Source: an uncultured Veillonellaceae bacterium (GTDB taxonomy: Bacteria; Bacillota; Negativicutes; JARBTT01). Taken from it: a stretch of 64,000 nt of DNA. A model generated the notes under the pieces. The model ran no database searches. It was not told the DNA's origin and saw nothing but the letters and a program-made list of their open reading frames with translations. Shown here piece after piece: positions 31,615-40,259 of this stretch. Location of the stretch: NCBI GenBank assembly GCA_963805085.1, contig CAWDTA010000005.1, forward strand, positions 771,464 to 835,463, read 5' to 3'. The translations under genes were made by a program, and so were the position numbers. How positions within the stretch are numbered: position 1 is the first letter of the stretch; each line of letters opens with the position of its first letter.

Positions 31615-31719
31615 AGACGAAGGGATTTATATAAAATATTTGTGAATTCATCCTAAGATCATTTTGATGTAGTCAGTTTTCAAATCTATAAAGGAGGTGG
31701 TGCGTTTGATTGCCATAGT

Positions 31720-31753
31720 TACCGCAAGAGCTTGCTCTTAGCGGTATTTTTTT
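31720..31753 (+). terminator. Intrinsic terminator upstream of the tail tube gene
   Basis: TACCGCAAGAGC-tt-GCTCTTAGCGGTA followed by T7. Confidence 0.75.
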
Positions 31754-31840
31754 ACCTATAAAATTTACTAATGAAGAACTAGAAATTTTATAGAATATCC
31801 AATTACATTATATTTTTTAAAATTATGGAGGAATAAGTAA

Positions 31841-33010
31841 ATGAATAAGAAAGAAATTTTAGAAAGAAATATTACAAATAACACGGAAAGTTTTAATTTT
31901 GATATGCAATTATTTGCCTCTGCACCATCACCAAAGGATTTAATGATTGGTGCTGGTAAGGTGTTTTTTAGATTATGGGACTCCTTGGGGAATCCGCTTG
32001 TACGCAGACACATGGGGAATGTTGAAACTTTAAACCTAACCCCAACAATTGAAAAAGTTCAAAAAATGAGTTCGATGAACGCAGCAAAAGAAGTCTATGC
32101 AGAAGCAGTGAAATCTATGACTTATAAATTAACTTTAACCTTAGATGAATATAACCCTTATAATCTTGCTTTGGCTTTATATGGCGAGGCAGGCGTAGAA
32201 ACACAAGAAGCGCAATTGGTTACAGACGAACTATATACGGTTAATCTAGGCTCACCTATTTCGGTTCCGTATAAAAATATTACGGATGTTGTGATCCAAC
32301 CATTGACTGGCTCTCCTGCCAAAGTTGGCGCAGCAAAATCTTTTGCGCAGGTGGGTAATACGCCAGGTACTGCTATTGTAACCTCTGGGGGTCTTTATTC
32401 TGGAACAGACTCAACTTCATATTTTATTACGATTACTAAAGCGAATTCTACAGCAGGCACGATTACAGATGCAACATTTACTTATAGAAAAGGCAGTAGT
32501 ATGGAAAGTGCGCCGATTACGGTTACCGGTACTGCGCAGACTCTTGCTGAAGGTGTAACCGTAACTTTTGCTTCAGGTACTATTGGACAAGACCTTGTAA
32601 CAGGTGAAATTTATGAAATCAAAGTTACACCAGCAAATAACAAATATGTTGCAGGTGTGGATTACATTCTAGATAAAACACAGCTTAGAGGCGGGATTAT
32701 TACAATTCCAGATAACTCAAATATTCCAGATGGCCAAAAGGTACGTGTATCCTATAAAGTATCTGAAGCAAAATACCCTAAAATTATGGGTGGAACAGCG
32801 AAAAAAATCGAGGGAGATTTATTATTCCTTGGCGATCCTTCTCATGGTCGTCCTTATAATCTAGAAGTTTGGCATGTATCTATCGTTCCTACTGGCGATA
32901 TTGGTTTAATCACAGAGGAATGGGGTACTTTTACACTTGAAATGACTGTGCTTTCTGATCGGGAAAATCATCCAGAAGAGCCATTCTTTAAATTAATAAA
33001 TGTAGCATAA
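31841..33010 (+). CDS. Major tail (tube) protein, siphovirus type, with internal Ig-like insertion
   Basis: IGAGKVF, GNVETLNL, NLALALYG, GDIGLITEEWGTFTLEMTVL; precedes chaperone and tape measure. Confidence 0.82.
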   Translation: MNKKEILERNITNNTESFNFDMQLFASAPSPKDLMIGAGKVFFRLWDSLGNPLVRRHMGNVETLNLTPTIEKVQKMSSMNAAKEVYAEAVKSMTYKLTLTLDEYNPYNLALALYGEAGVETQEAQLVTDELYTVNLGSPISVPYKNITDVVIQPLTGSPAKVGAAKSFAQVGNTPGTAIVTSGGLYSGTDSTSYFITITKANSTAGTITDATFTYRKGSSMESAPITVTGTAQTLAEGVTVTFASGTIGQDLVTGEIYEIKVTPANNKYVAGVDYILDKTQLRGGIITIPDNSNIPDGQKVRVSYKVSEAKYPKIMGGTAKKIEGDLLFLGDPSHGRPYNLEVWHVSIVPTGDIGLITEEWGTFTLEMTVLSDRENHPEEPFFKLINVA

Positions 33011-33136
33011 AAGATTGTCTCAATAAGACCGTCCTAATTGGGCGGTCTCAATTCTATTGTTTCGAGTAAAATATTTTTAGTACAGTCTAGGTTTAGCGTG
33101 TCTGTCCTTATGTAAAAATAAAAATTTTAAGGAGAA

Positions 33137-33592
33137 ATGAAAATGCCCAAAAAAAACAGCTTAGAAATTTTAACGCAAAATGGTGCTGAAATTATCATAA
33201 AAGGGGAAGCGTTAGAAATAAAAGCTTTTAAATTAGTTGATTTACCTAAATTTACTTTGGCTTTGCAAACGATTATGAGTGATGTATTTGCATTACTTGA
33301 ACCTGGCAATGGCATTGTTTTTGAAAAAGGAAAAGCTATATCTATTAATCAAGAAGGTTGGAATTTAATAAATCAAGCGATTGAAAAAAATATAGAATCT
33401 CTTACGACAATCTTGGCAGCTTATACCAGAAAACCGCGCGAATGGTTTTTAGATGAAAAAGTGGGTATTGATATTGAGGAGGCGATACTCTTAATTTTTG
33501 CAATTCTTGAAAATCATTATGATTTTTTTACGAAGCGCTTAGCGCCGATTGTCAACAAAATCAAGGCAAAACAGCTTCCGGAGAAGAAGTAG
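33137..33592 (+). CDS. Tail assembly chaperone (gpG-like)
   Basis: Between tube and tape measure; ends near slippery GAT TTT TTT ACG. Confidence 0.8.
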   Translation: MKMPKKNSLEILTQNGAEIIIKGEALEIKAFKLVDLPKFTLALQTIMSDVFALLEPGNGIVFEKGKAISINQEGWNLINQAIEKNIESLTTILAAYTRKPREWFLDEKVGIDIEEAILLIFAILENHYDFFTKRLAPIVNKIKAKQLPEKK

Positions 33593-33792
33593 ATTGGATC
33601 GATATTGCTGATATATTAAAAAACCGAGGTTTTTCATTAGATGAAATTTTGGGTATGACGCTTGATCAGATCAGTGAATTTTATTCCCGTGCAATATTTG
33701 CCAGAATCAATTATATGAATGATGTTCGCATGAGTGTTTGGTCTGAGTCTAAAGAACTAGATAAATACTATGATCGCATTGCAAGGAGGTGA
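33137..33792 (+). CDS. Tail assembly chaperone gpGT via -1 programmed frameshift
   Basis: T7 heptamer at 33523-33529; -1 frame open to TGA 33790-33792 (YEALSAD...WIDIADILKNRGFSLDEILGMTLDQISEFY...), ending just before the TMP start. Confidence 0.8.
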
Positions 33793-33797
33793 AATAA

Positions 33798-36700
33798 TTG
33801 GCAGAAAATGAAACAAAAGTTGTAATAAAGATAGACAACACGCAGTTTTTAGAAGCACTTCAAGTATGTAGTCAGAAGGTTGAAGAATTTGTGAAAAATA
33901 CAAATTCTATCAAGCTAAAAAATCCCAATCCGATTCAGATAAGCGTTGATGATTCTGCAGCCCAAAATAAAATAAAAGCAATTGAAGAATCCTTAAATGT
34001 ATTGAAAAACCAGAAACTTTCTGTTGATGTTGAGAATGAAAGGGCTATTTCTAGCATAAAAGAAGTCAAGGACCTGTTATCATCTAATACTGAACAAAAA
34101 ATAAGTGTTTCATTGTCTGATCAGGAAGGTTTAAGTTCAGCTAAAGAATTTGCTGATAATGTTAGAAACTTGACGCAGACAAAAATGTCTTCGCAGTCAG
34201 CCTCTGCGGATGCATCTAATACGACAAATCTATTTAATGAGCAAAATCAATCTGGGGCAGAATCTTTTTCGACGAAGCTTTCTAAAATAGGAAGTTTTGC
34301 GGTAGGCGTATATTCTAAAGTAAAAATGGTAGGTACTGCGATTAAAGATACGGTTGCCCCTGTTTTGGAATATAGCGCAGCACTGGAACAAAATACAATT
34401 GCTTTTGAATCTTTACTTGGTAATACAGAGCTTGCAAAAAAATATCTAGGGGATTTACAAAAAGTCGCGGCAGACACACCGTTTGATCTTCAAGGTGCAT
34501 CTGATGCTGGAAAAAAACTTCTTGAAGTTGGCTTTAGTGCAAAACAGTCTCTATCCGTACTTAAAACGGTTGGAGATGCCTCTGCGGCACTTAATCTAAA
34601 GAATGATGGAATTGAACGTGTAACGCTTGCTATGGGACAAATGAAAGAGCGAGGTACGGTTACCAATGATGATCTTCTTCAATTAACGAAAGAAGGAATT
34701 CCTGCATACCAAATCCTTGCAGATAAGTTAGGTTTAAGTGCCGAACAAATGCAGAATATCGGCGCAGCAGGAATCGATGCAGATACAGCAATGAATGCCT
34801 TACTCGAAGGGATGAATGATAAGTTCGGTGGTTTAGCAACAAAAATTGCCGATTCAAAGCAAGGGATGCTGTCTACGATTCAAGACAATGCGCTGGCGAT
34901 CGGTGATTTTATTCTAAGCCCACTCGATAGTGCGCTGACGGATGGATTAGGACGTGTTCGTGATTGGACAAATAATGTTGCTGATGCAATCCGGAGCGGT
35001 GACAATCAGGGCGTTCTTGCAGCTCTTTTTCCGGAAGAGATTGTACCGGAAGATTTTGTAGAGAAAATTACTGAAATCGGTGAAGATATTAAGAATATGT
35101 ATGATGAAGCTAGTGCGCTTGCCGGGCAGTTTGGTGATACTGGCAAAAATGCGCTTGATGGAATCATCGATGCAGCACTTGATCTTGTTGACGATTTTAT
35201 CAATGTATCCAGGGGAATTATACAAGTTGGCAATGATCTTACCTATATTGTAAGAAGTATTGTACCAGAAGGTACAGGAAATTTTTTGACCATGAAATCA
35301 TCCATTGAATTTGCTGTTAAAGTATTAGCAGGATTTTTTATTTTAAAGCAAATTATTTCTCTTGTGGATAAGACAAAAACAGCATATGCTGCTCTAAGAT
35401 TAGCAGTTATTGCTACATCGAAGGCATCACAGACTTTGATTCTATCAACGGTTTCAGGTATGGCGTCCGCTGTTAAAAATGTTCGTAGTCTAAGAGGAGC
35501 CGTGCTCCTGTTAACAACGGCATTTAAAAATCTTACAAAATCAAATATTCTTTTATTTATCGTTTCAATCGGTGTTGCGGCATTCGGTGATACAATCATG
35601 GGCTGGATAGATAAATATCTTGGTAAAAATTCTGACGATAATACGAATGAAACGGATAAGCCAGAAGTTCCTGAGGATAAGCCAGAAACTTCTGAAGATA
35701 AACCGCCTGAATCAGAACAACCACCTTCCGGCGCTCCTACGACGCCTGCTGCTGGTGTTAATGACAGTAAGTATTATCAAGAACAGAAGGGCGATTTAGA
35801 TGATTACACCAAGATGCTTGAACAGCAGCGGCAGTTAAAGCTTATACAAATAGCGCAAGATAAAGAGAAGCTTGACGAAGATCATAAAGCAGATTCGAAT
35901 GGTGATGAATATGCTTATTTCGCAAAGGATGCACAGCTTGCAGCTGATAAGGCTGGCATTAATCTTGAAACGGAAAAGTTAATCCGTGAGAAAATTGAAA
36001 ATACGGACTTCGAGAATAGTCAAGATAAAAAAGATCAACTGAATGCGGCGGACCTTAAAATTAGCAATTTTGCTAATGAGCTTAAGGGTGTAACTAAAGA
36101 TATGGAAGAGTTAGGTCGAGCTTCTATTGACAGCGGTGCTGCCATATATTCGGCAGCAGAAAAATTTCTTGGCATGGAATACCATATGGGGGGGAGTGGT
36201 GACTGGGCAACTGGCACGGATTGTGGGAAACTAACCATGGATGCGTATGCTGGTGCTGGTTTATCACTTTCAAGTCGCACAGCGGATGGACAGCTAGCGC
36301 AAATGGAAGATGCGGGAGGTTTCTTTACTGATCGAAAAAAACTTAAACAAGGTGATTTAGTTTTTTATGATACAAAATATATGGACGTATCTAACGATAG
36401 GTCTGCACTTGCTAGCAACAATACTGCGTATAAAGCCAATCACGTAGGTGTTTATCAAGGTGATGGCAAGATTCTGCATGCTGGAAGTTCTACTGGTGTA
36501 GCTGAAAATATCAATATGGATTTTGCAGAAATAGTGGGTTTTGGTGACTATACAGCAGTTGGTGGTTCGGCAGGTCAGCAAGGGGTAAAAGTAACAAAAG
36601 AAAGAGCATCAAAATATGTAGAGTTCATTAAAAGCCTAGTTGCACAAGGTGATAAATTTCTTAAAGAATCCGCCGAAATGACTGGAAATATTTCAACCCA

Positions 36701-38132
36701 GCAGATCAGTGAACTTCAAAATGAATATGATAGTACGATTGAAAAATTCAAGAATAACCATATGCCGGAAAAATACATTAAAGCGGCAGAAAATGTAAAA
36801 ACATTTAAAATTGGACAAGCTGAATTTTCACAAGCACAAAAAGATATCGAATCCGCTTATGATACAGCTAGCAGAAAACAAAAAGAAGCATTCAATGACG
36901 TTGCTTTGGGAACCAAAAGTGAACTTGATGTAGCAAACGAGGCAGCAAGCGACTATAAGAATTCAGTTTCAGATGAACGCATAAAATTAGAAGGAATGCT
37001 TAAGGTTGCTAAGGAAAATAAATGGACAGATTTCGCCAATAAAATTAGCGATCTACTTGATAAAATTGATAATAATATCATCAGTTTTTACAATGCATCG
37101 CTTGCTGCGTTAGATGAAAAACTGAAAAATAGGCTTGCCTTAATTAATTCAGATCCATCGTTGACTAAGTTGCAGAAGCAAGATTTAACGGATAAAGCTA
37201 ATCGGGAAAACTTGCAAGGAAAGATTGTTTTAAAGAAACAAGAACGAGATGCGCTTGCCACAGATGATATCTCGGGTATTCAAAAAGCTAATTTTGAGAT
37301 TCAAGAACTTCAAAATAAATTAAATCAATTAGCTCCAACAATTGATCAAGTTCACTATGCCAGCAAGCAAGCTTTTGAAGATGGACTTCTCAATTTTCTT
37401 GAAAAAGGGATTTTTGAATGTCAATCACTTGGTGATGCGTTTAATAATTTAGCAATTACGGTTCTGCAGTCAATACAAAAAATTTATGCCCAAGCAATGG
37501 CTACAGATATTATGAATGCACTTTTTCCCGCGAAGTCTAAGAAAAGTAATGATGTAAAATTCTCTTATCAATCACAGTATGGACTTGATTATGGTGGGGG
37601 TTCTACGAATTCGGCTTCGCCGTTAAAAGCAGGTTTTTCTTACCTGTCGCAGTATGGGCTTGGACTTTTTGCTGATGGTGGTTCAATGAACAGCGGTCAG
37701 GTGGAAGGAGCCGGCACAGGAACAAGTGATAGCATATTGGCATATGTAAGTAATCTAAGAAAATTTGTCAGAGTATCAGATGGCGAATGGGTCATGAAGC
37801 AAAAGGCTGTAAACCATTATGGTACGAATATCATGAATGCTATTAATCAGGGAATGATACCAAAAAAAATCTTAGATGTTCATGCAAAATATGCGAGTGG
37901 TGGGTCGCTAAGAGGAATGATACCATCAACTGGTATAGAAGGAGCGTATGGGTTAACTGCTGATATTGCAAATCATGTTAGTCCTAAGATAGATGTCACC
38001 AATCGCTTTATTGGCGATGGATTTATTAAATCAATAGAACCTTGGGTGAAGAGTCAAGTGGATGTTGGCTATAAAAGGAACATGGTCGAGAATGCGAAGG
38101 TGCAAAGCATGCTAATGAAAAAAACGCGGTAA
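33798..38132 (+). CDS. Tape measure protein with NlpC/P60 peptidoglycan peptidase domain
   Basis: 1444 aa; tape-measure N-domain (AADTPFDL, LQLTKEGIPAYQILAD), hydrophobic stretches, NlpC/P60 DCG...HVGVY...LHA at ~36150-36550, FADGG C-terminal motif. Confidence 0.92.
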   Translation: MAENETKVVIKIDNTQFLEALQVCSQKVEEFVKNTNSIKLKNPNPIQISVDDSAAQNKIKAIEESLNVLKNQKLSVDVENERAISSIKEVKDLLSSNTEQKISVSLSDQEGLSSAKEFADNVRNLTQTKMSSQSASADASNTTNLFNEQNQSGAESFSTKLSKIGSFAVGVYSKVKMVGTAIKDTVAPVLEYSAALEQNTIAFESLLGNTELAKKYLGDLQKVAADTPFDLQGASDAGKKLLEVGFSAKQSLSVLKTVGDASAALNLKNDGIERVTLAMGQMKERGTVTNDDLLQLTKEGIPAYQILADKLGLSAEQMQNIGAAGIDADTAMNALLEGMNDKFGGLATKIADSKQGMLSTIQDNALAIGDFILSPLDSALTDGLGRVRDWTNNVADAIRSGDNQGVLAALFPEEIVPEDFVEKITEIGEDIKNMYDEASALAGQFGDTGKNALDGIIDAALDLVDDFINVSRGIIQVGNDLTYIVRSIVPEGTGNFLTMKSSIEFAVKVLAGFFILKQIISLVDKTKTAYAALRLAVIATSKASQTLILSTVSGMASAVKNVRSLRGAVLLLTTAFKNLTKSNILLFIVSIGVAAFGDTIMGWIDKYLGKNSDDNTNETDKPEVPEDKPETSEDKPPESEQPPSGAPTTPAAGVNDSKYYQEQKGDLDDYTKMLEQQRQLKLIQIAQDKEKLDEDHKADSNGDEYAYFAKDAQLAADKAGINLETEKLIREKIENTDFENSQDKKDQLNAADLKISNFANELKGVTKDMEELGRASIDSGAAIYSAAEKFLGMEYHMGGSGDWATGTDCGKLTMDAYAGAGLSLSSRTADGQLAQMEDAGGFFTDRKKLKQGDLVFYDTKYMDVSNDRSALASNNTAYKANHVGVYQGDGKILHAGSSTGVAENINMDFAEIVGFGDYTAVGGSAGQQGVKVTKERASKYVEFIKSLVAQGDKFLKESAEMTGNISTQQISELQNEYDSTIEKFKNNHMPEKYIKAAENVKTFKIGQAEFSQAQKDIESAYDTASRKQKEAFNDVALGTKSELDVANEAASDYKNSVSDERIKLEGMLKVAKENKWTDFANKISDLLDKIDNNIISFYNASLAALDEKLKNRLALINSDPSLTKLQKQDLTDKANRENLQGKIVLKKQERDALATDDISGIQKANFEIQELQNKLNQLAPTIDQVHYASKQAFEDGLLNFLEKGIFECQSLGDAFNNLAITVLQSIQKIYAQAMATDIMNALFPAKSKKSNDVKFSYQSQYGLDYGGGSTNSASPLKAGFSYLSQYGLGLFADGGSMNSGQVEGAGTGTSDSILAYVSNLRKFVRVSDGEWVMKQKAVNHYGTNIMNAINQGMIPKKILDVHAKYASGGSLRGMIPSTGIEGAYGLTADIANHVSPKIDVTNRFIGDGFIKSIEPWVKSQVDVGYKRNMVENAKVQSMLMKKTR

Positions 38133-38230
38133 AGGTTTACGGTAAAATCCTCTAATGGTATAATTAAACAAAATAGTATTGGAGGATTTAATGTGAAAAA
38201 ATTATTGTTTTGTTTTATTGTGTTATATTT
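37998..38230 (+). repeat. Tandem duplication unit (TMP 3' end, promoter, signal-peptide start), copy 1
   Basis: High-identity copy at 38767-38997. Confidence 0.9.
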
Positions 38231-38684
38231 TTTAGGGACTACATCTACAAGCTATGCTGGAATTTATCGAAGTACAGATAAGTTTGATAACAGTACACGA
38301 ATTGCTTCTGCTACTGCGAATTTATTTCCATTTAGTAATACAAGAATTGTTAAAATAATTCTTGATGATATCAATAAATATAGTATTATCGTAGATAAAA
38401 CTCTTGATGATAGGAAAATCATAGAATCGAATAATTACGCTGATGATTATGCAGAAATTAAAATCGACGATGACATCTACAAGATGAAGATATTATCAGC
38501 ATATGTATCAAAATATTCAATTCTTTATTCAGAGGCAGAATTAACCGATGAACTAGTAAATAAAATCAATATCGCTAAGAAAGTAACAATACGCTTTCAC
38601 AAGAAGGACAGTACGAACGACACTTTAAATTTACCCGATACCGTCTTAAATGAATGGAAGCAAGTCATCAATACGAAAAAATAA
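38193..38684 (+). CDS. Exported protein, moron cassette 1
   Basis: Signal peptide MKKLLFCF...SYA; own promoter TTTACG-N17-TATAAT; paralog of 38960-39451 (shared EWKQVIN end). Confidence 0.8.
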   Translation: MKKLLFCFIVLYFLGTTSTSYAGIYRSTDKFDNSTRIASATANLFPFSNTRIVKIILDDINKYSIIVDKTLDDRKIIESNNYADDYAEIKIDDDIYKMKILSAYVSKYSILYSEAELTDELVNKINIAKKVTIRFHKKDSTNDTLNLPDTVLNEWKQVINTKK

Positions 38685-38766
38685 AATGAATGAAGCCTTC
38701 TAATATAGTTGGAGGATTCATTCATGTAGTATCGAGGGAAGAATCTCTAATCCTAAAGCAGTGCTT

Positions 38767-38997
38767 ACCAATCGCTTTATCGGCGATGGCTTTATTAAAT
38801 CGATAGAACCTTGGGTGAAGAGTCAAGCGGATGTCGGCTATAAGAGAAATATGGTTGAGAATGCGAAGATACAAAGCATGCTAATGAAAAAAACACGGTA
38901 AAGGTTTACGGTAAAATCCTCTAATGGTATAATTAAACAAAATTGTATTGGGATTTGATATGAAAAAATTATTGCTTTGTTTTATTGTATTATGTTT
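38767..38997 (+). repeat. Tandem duplication unit, copy 2 (silent alternative TMP C-terminus)
   Basis: Encodes TNRFIGDGFIKSIEPWVKSQADVGYKRNMVENAKIQSMLMKKTR*, then the same promoter. Confidence 0.9.
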
Positions 38998-39451
38998 TGT
39001 AGGGACTAATTCTGTTTCTTATGCTTATATTAAAAGAAATGTAGATTCGTTTGATGAAAGTGCTTTATTAATGTCGTTTAATCAGCCAAATATTTCTACC
39101 GGTATAACATTTTCGAAAAGATGTTTTAAAGAAGGTGAGATTAAATATAATATCTTATTAAGTTCTGATGCTAGTGATAAATATGATATGTATTCTAAAA
39201 AAGATGCAGAAATCAAAACGGATGCTGAAATATCAGAAGCAAAAGTTATAAATACGAAGATTAAACGGTTTACATATTCTGCTGATCTCATTTCTTCTGA
39301 AGTAGAACTAACACCCGCATTAGTTGAAAAAATAAAAGATGCTAATAAAATAAGCGTGAGATTTTATAAAGAAAATGGTATGGCGAATACAATAAATTTA
39401 TCTGATAACGCCCTAGCTGAATGGAAGCAAGTCATCAATATGGAAAAATAA
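38960..39451 (+). CDS. Exported protein, moron cassette 2
   Basis: MKKLLLCF...SYA signal peptide; paralog of cassette 1. Confidence 0.8.
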   Translation: MKKLLLCFIVLCFVGTNSVSYAYIKRNVDSFDESALLMSFNQPNISTGITFSKRCFKEGEIKYNILLSSDASDKYDMYSKKDAEIKTDAEISEAKVINTKIKRFTYSADLISSEVELTPALVEKIKDANKISVRFYKENGMANTINLSDNALAEWKQVINMEK

Positions 39452-39458
39452 AATAAAG

Positions 39459-39489
39459 GAAGCCTTCGAATATAATCGGGGGCTTTTTT
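39459..39489 (+). terminator. Terminator after cassette 2
   Basis: AAGCCTTCGA...TCGGGGGCTTTTTT. Confidence 0.75.
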
Positions 39490-39561
39490 GCTGTAACGTT
39501 GACGGAAAAAATATCCAATGTTATAGTTTATTTGTAAAATATAGCATTGGAGGATTAATTT

Positions 39562-39711
39562 ATGAAGTGGATTTTGATTTTATTAATGTGTTATATGGTG
39601 TTGGATATCAGTATATGTAATGTTGAGATATTTAGCAGCAAAGATGATTTTGTTAGTCGAACAATAGTTGGTTCGCATTCTAAGGGGAATTTTAGTATGA
39701 AAATAATTTAG
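39562..39711 (+). pseudogene. Truncated third paralog of the exported proteins (cassette 3)
   Basis: Promoter TTGACG-N17-TATAGT, GGAGG RBS; MKWILILLMCY...EIFSSKDDF resembles GIYRSTDKF; stops after 49 aa. Confidence 0.55.
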
Positions 39712-39845
39712 ATCAATGGGAATATTGTTTGTAATTGAGTTAGTTTTATTTTAATTTCAAAGCTATTAATAAGGGATCGTACAGCAGTTAATAAATGAAT
39801 GAGTGTGATGCTACATCCTAGTTGATGGTGTAAAGAAGGGGTTGT

Positions 39846-40064
39846 ATGATGATGCAGCAGATTGCGCAAGCGTTATTAGAGTTATGGAATCTAATCATAG
39901 AACAGAAAAATAAATTGGTTGCAGAGTTTAGAGCAATTGGAGATCAATCGAAGCTTCTATCAAAAATAGCTGAAGTAGACCAAGATAAGGAGCAGGTAAT
40001 TAGCCAAATGAAAAATTTATTTGGAAGTATTGATAATACTGTTTTAGTTGCTTATCAAGGATAA
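39846..40064 (+). CDS. Small hypothetical coiled-coil protein
   Basis: 72-aa ORF with AAGGG RBS and downstream hairpin. Confidence 0.5.
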   Translation: MMMQQIAQALLELWNLIIEQKNKLVAEFRAIGDQSKLLSKIAEVDQDKEQVISQMKNLFGSIDNTVLVAYQG

Positions 40065-40138
40065 GGCAAATCTGCATATTCAGTTTTAGGGACGTGGTTG
40101 ATGGCGTCCTTTATTATTTGCAGTTTAATATTTAGAAT

Positions 40139-40174
40139 TTAGACAGCTTGATTTTTCAGCTGTCTTTTCTTATG
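40139..40174 (+). repeat. 36-bp direct repeat (terminator hairpin) left of fliB
   Basis: TTAGACAGCTTGATTTTTCAGCTGTCTTTTCTTATG, identical at 41477-41512. Confidence 0.92.
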
Positions 40175-40259
40175 AGTAATTTTGCAGTTTGTTATATGGT
40201 TGACGGAAAATTTATCCAATGTTATAGTAAAAAGATAGTATTGGAGGTTGTTATATTTC

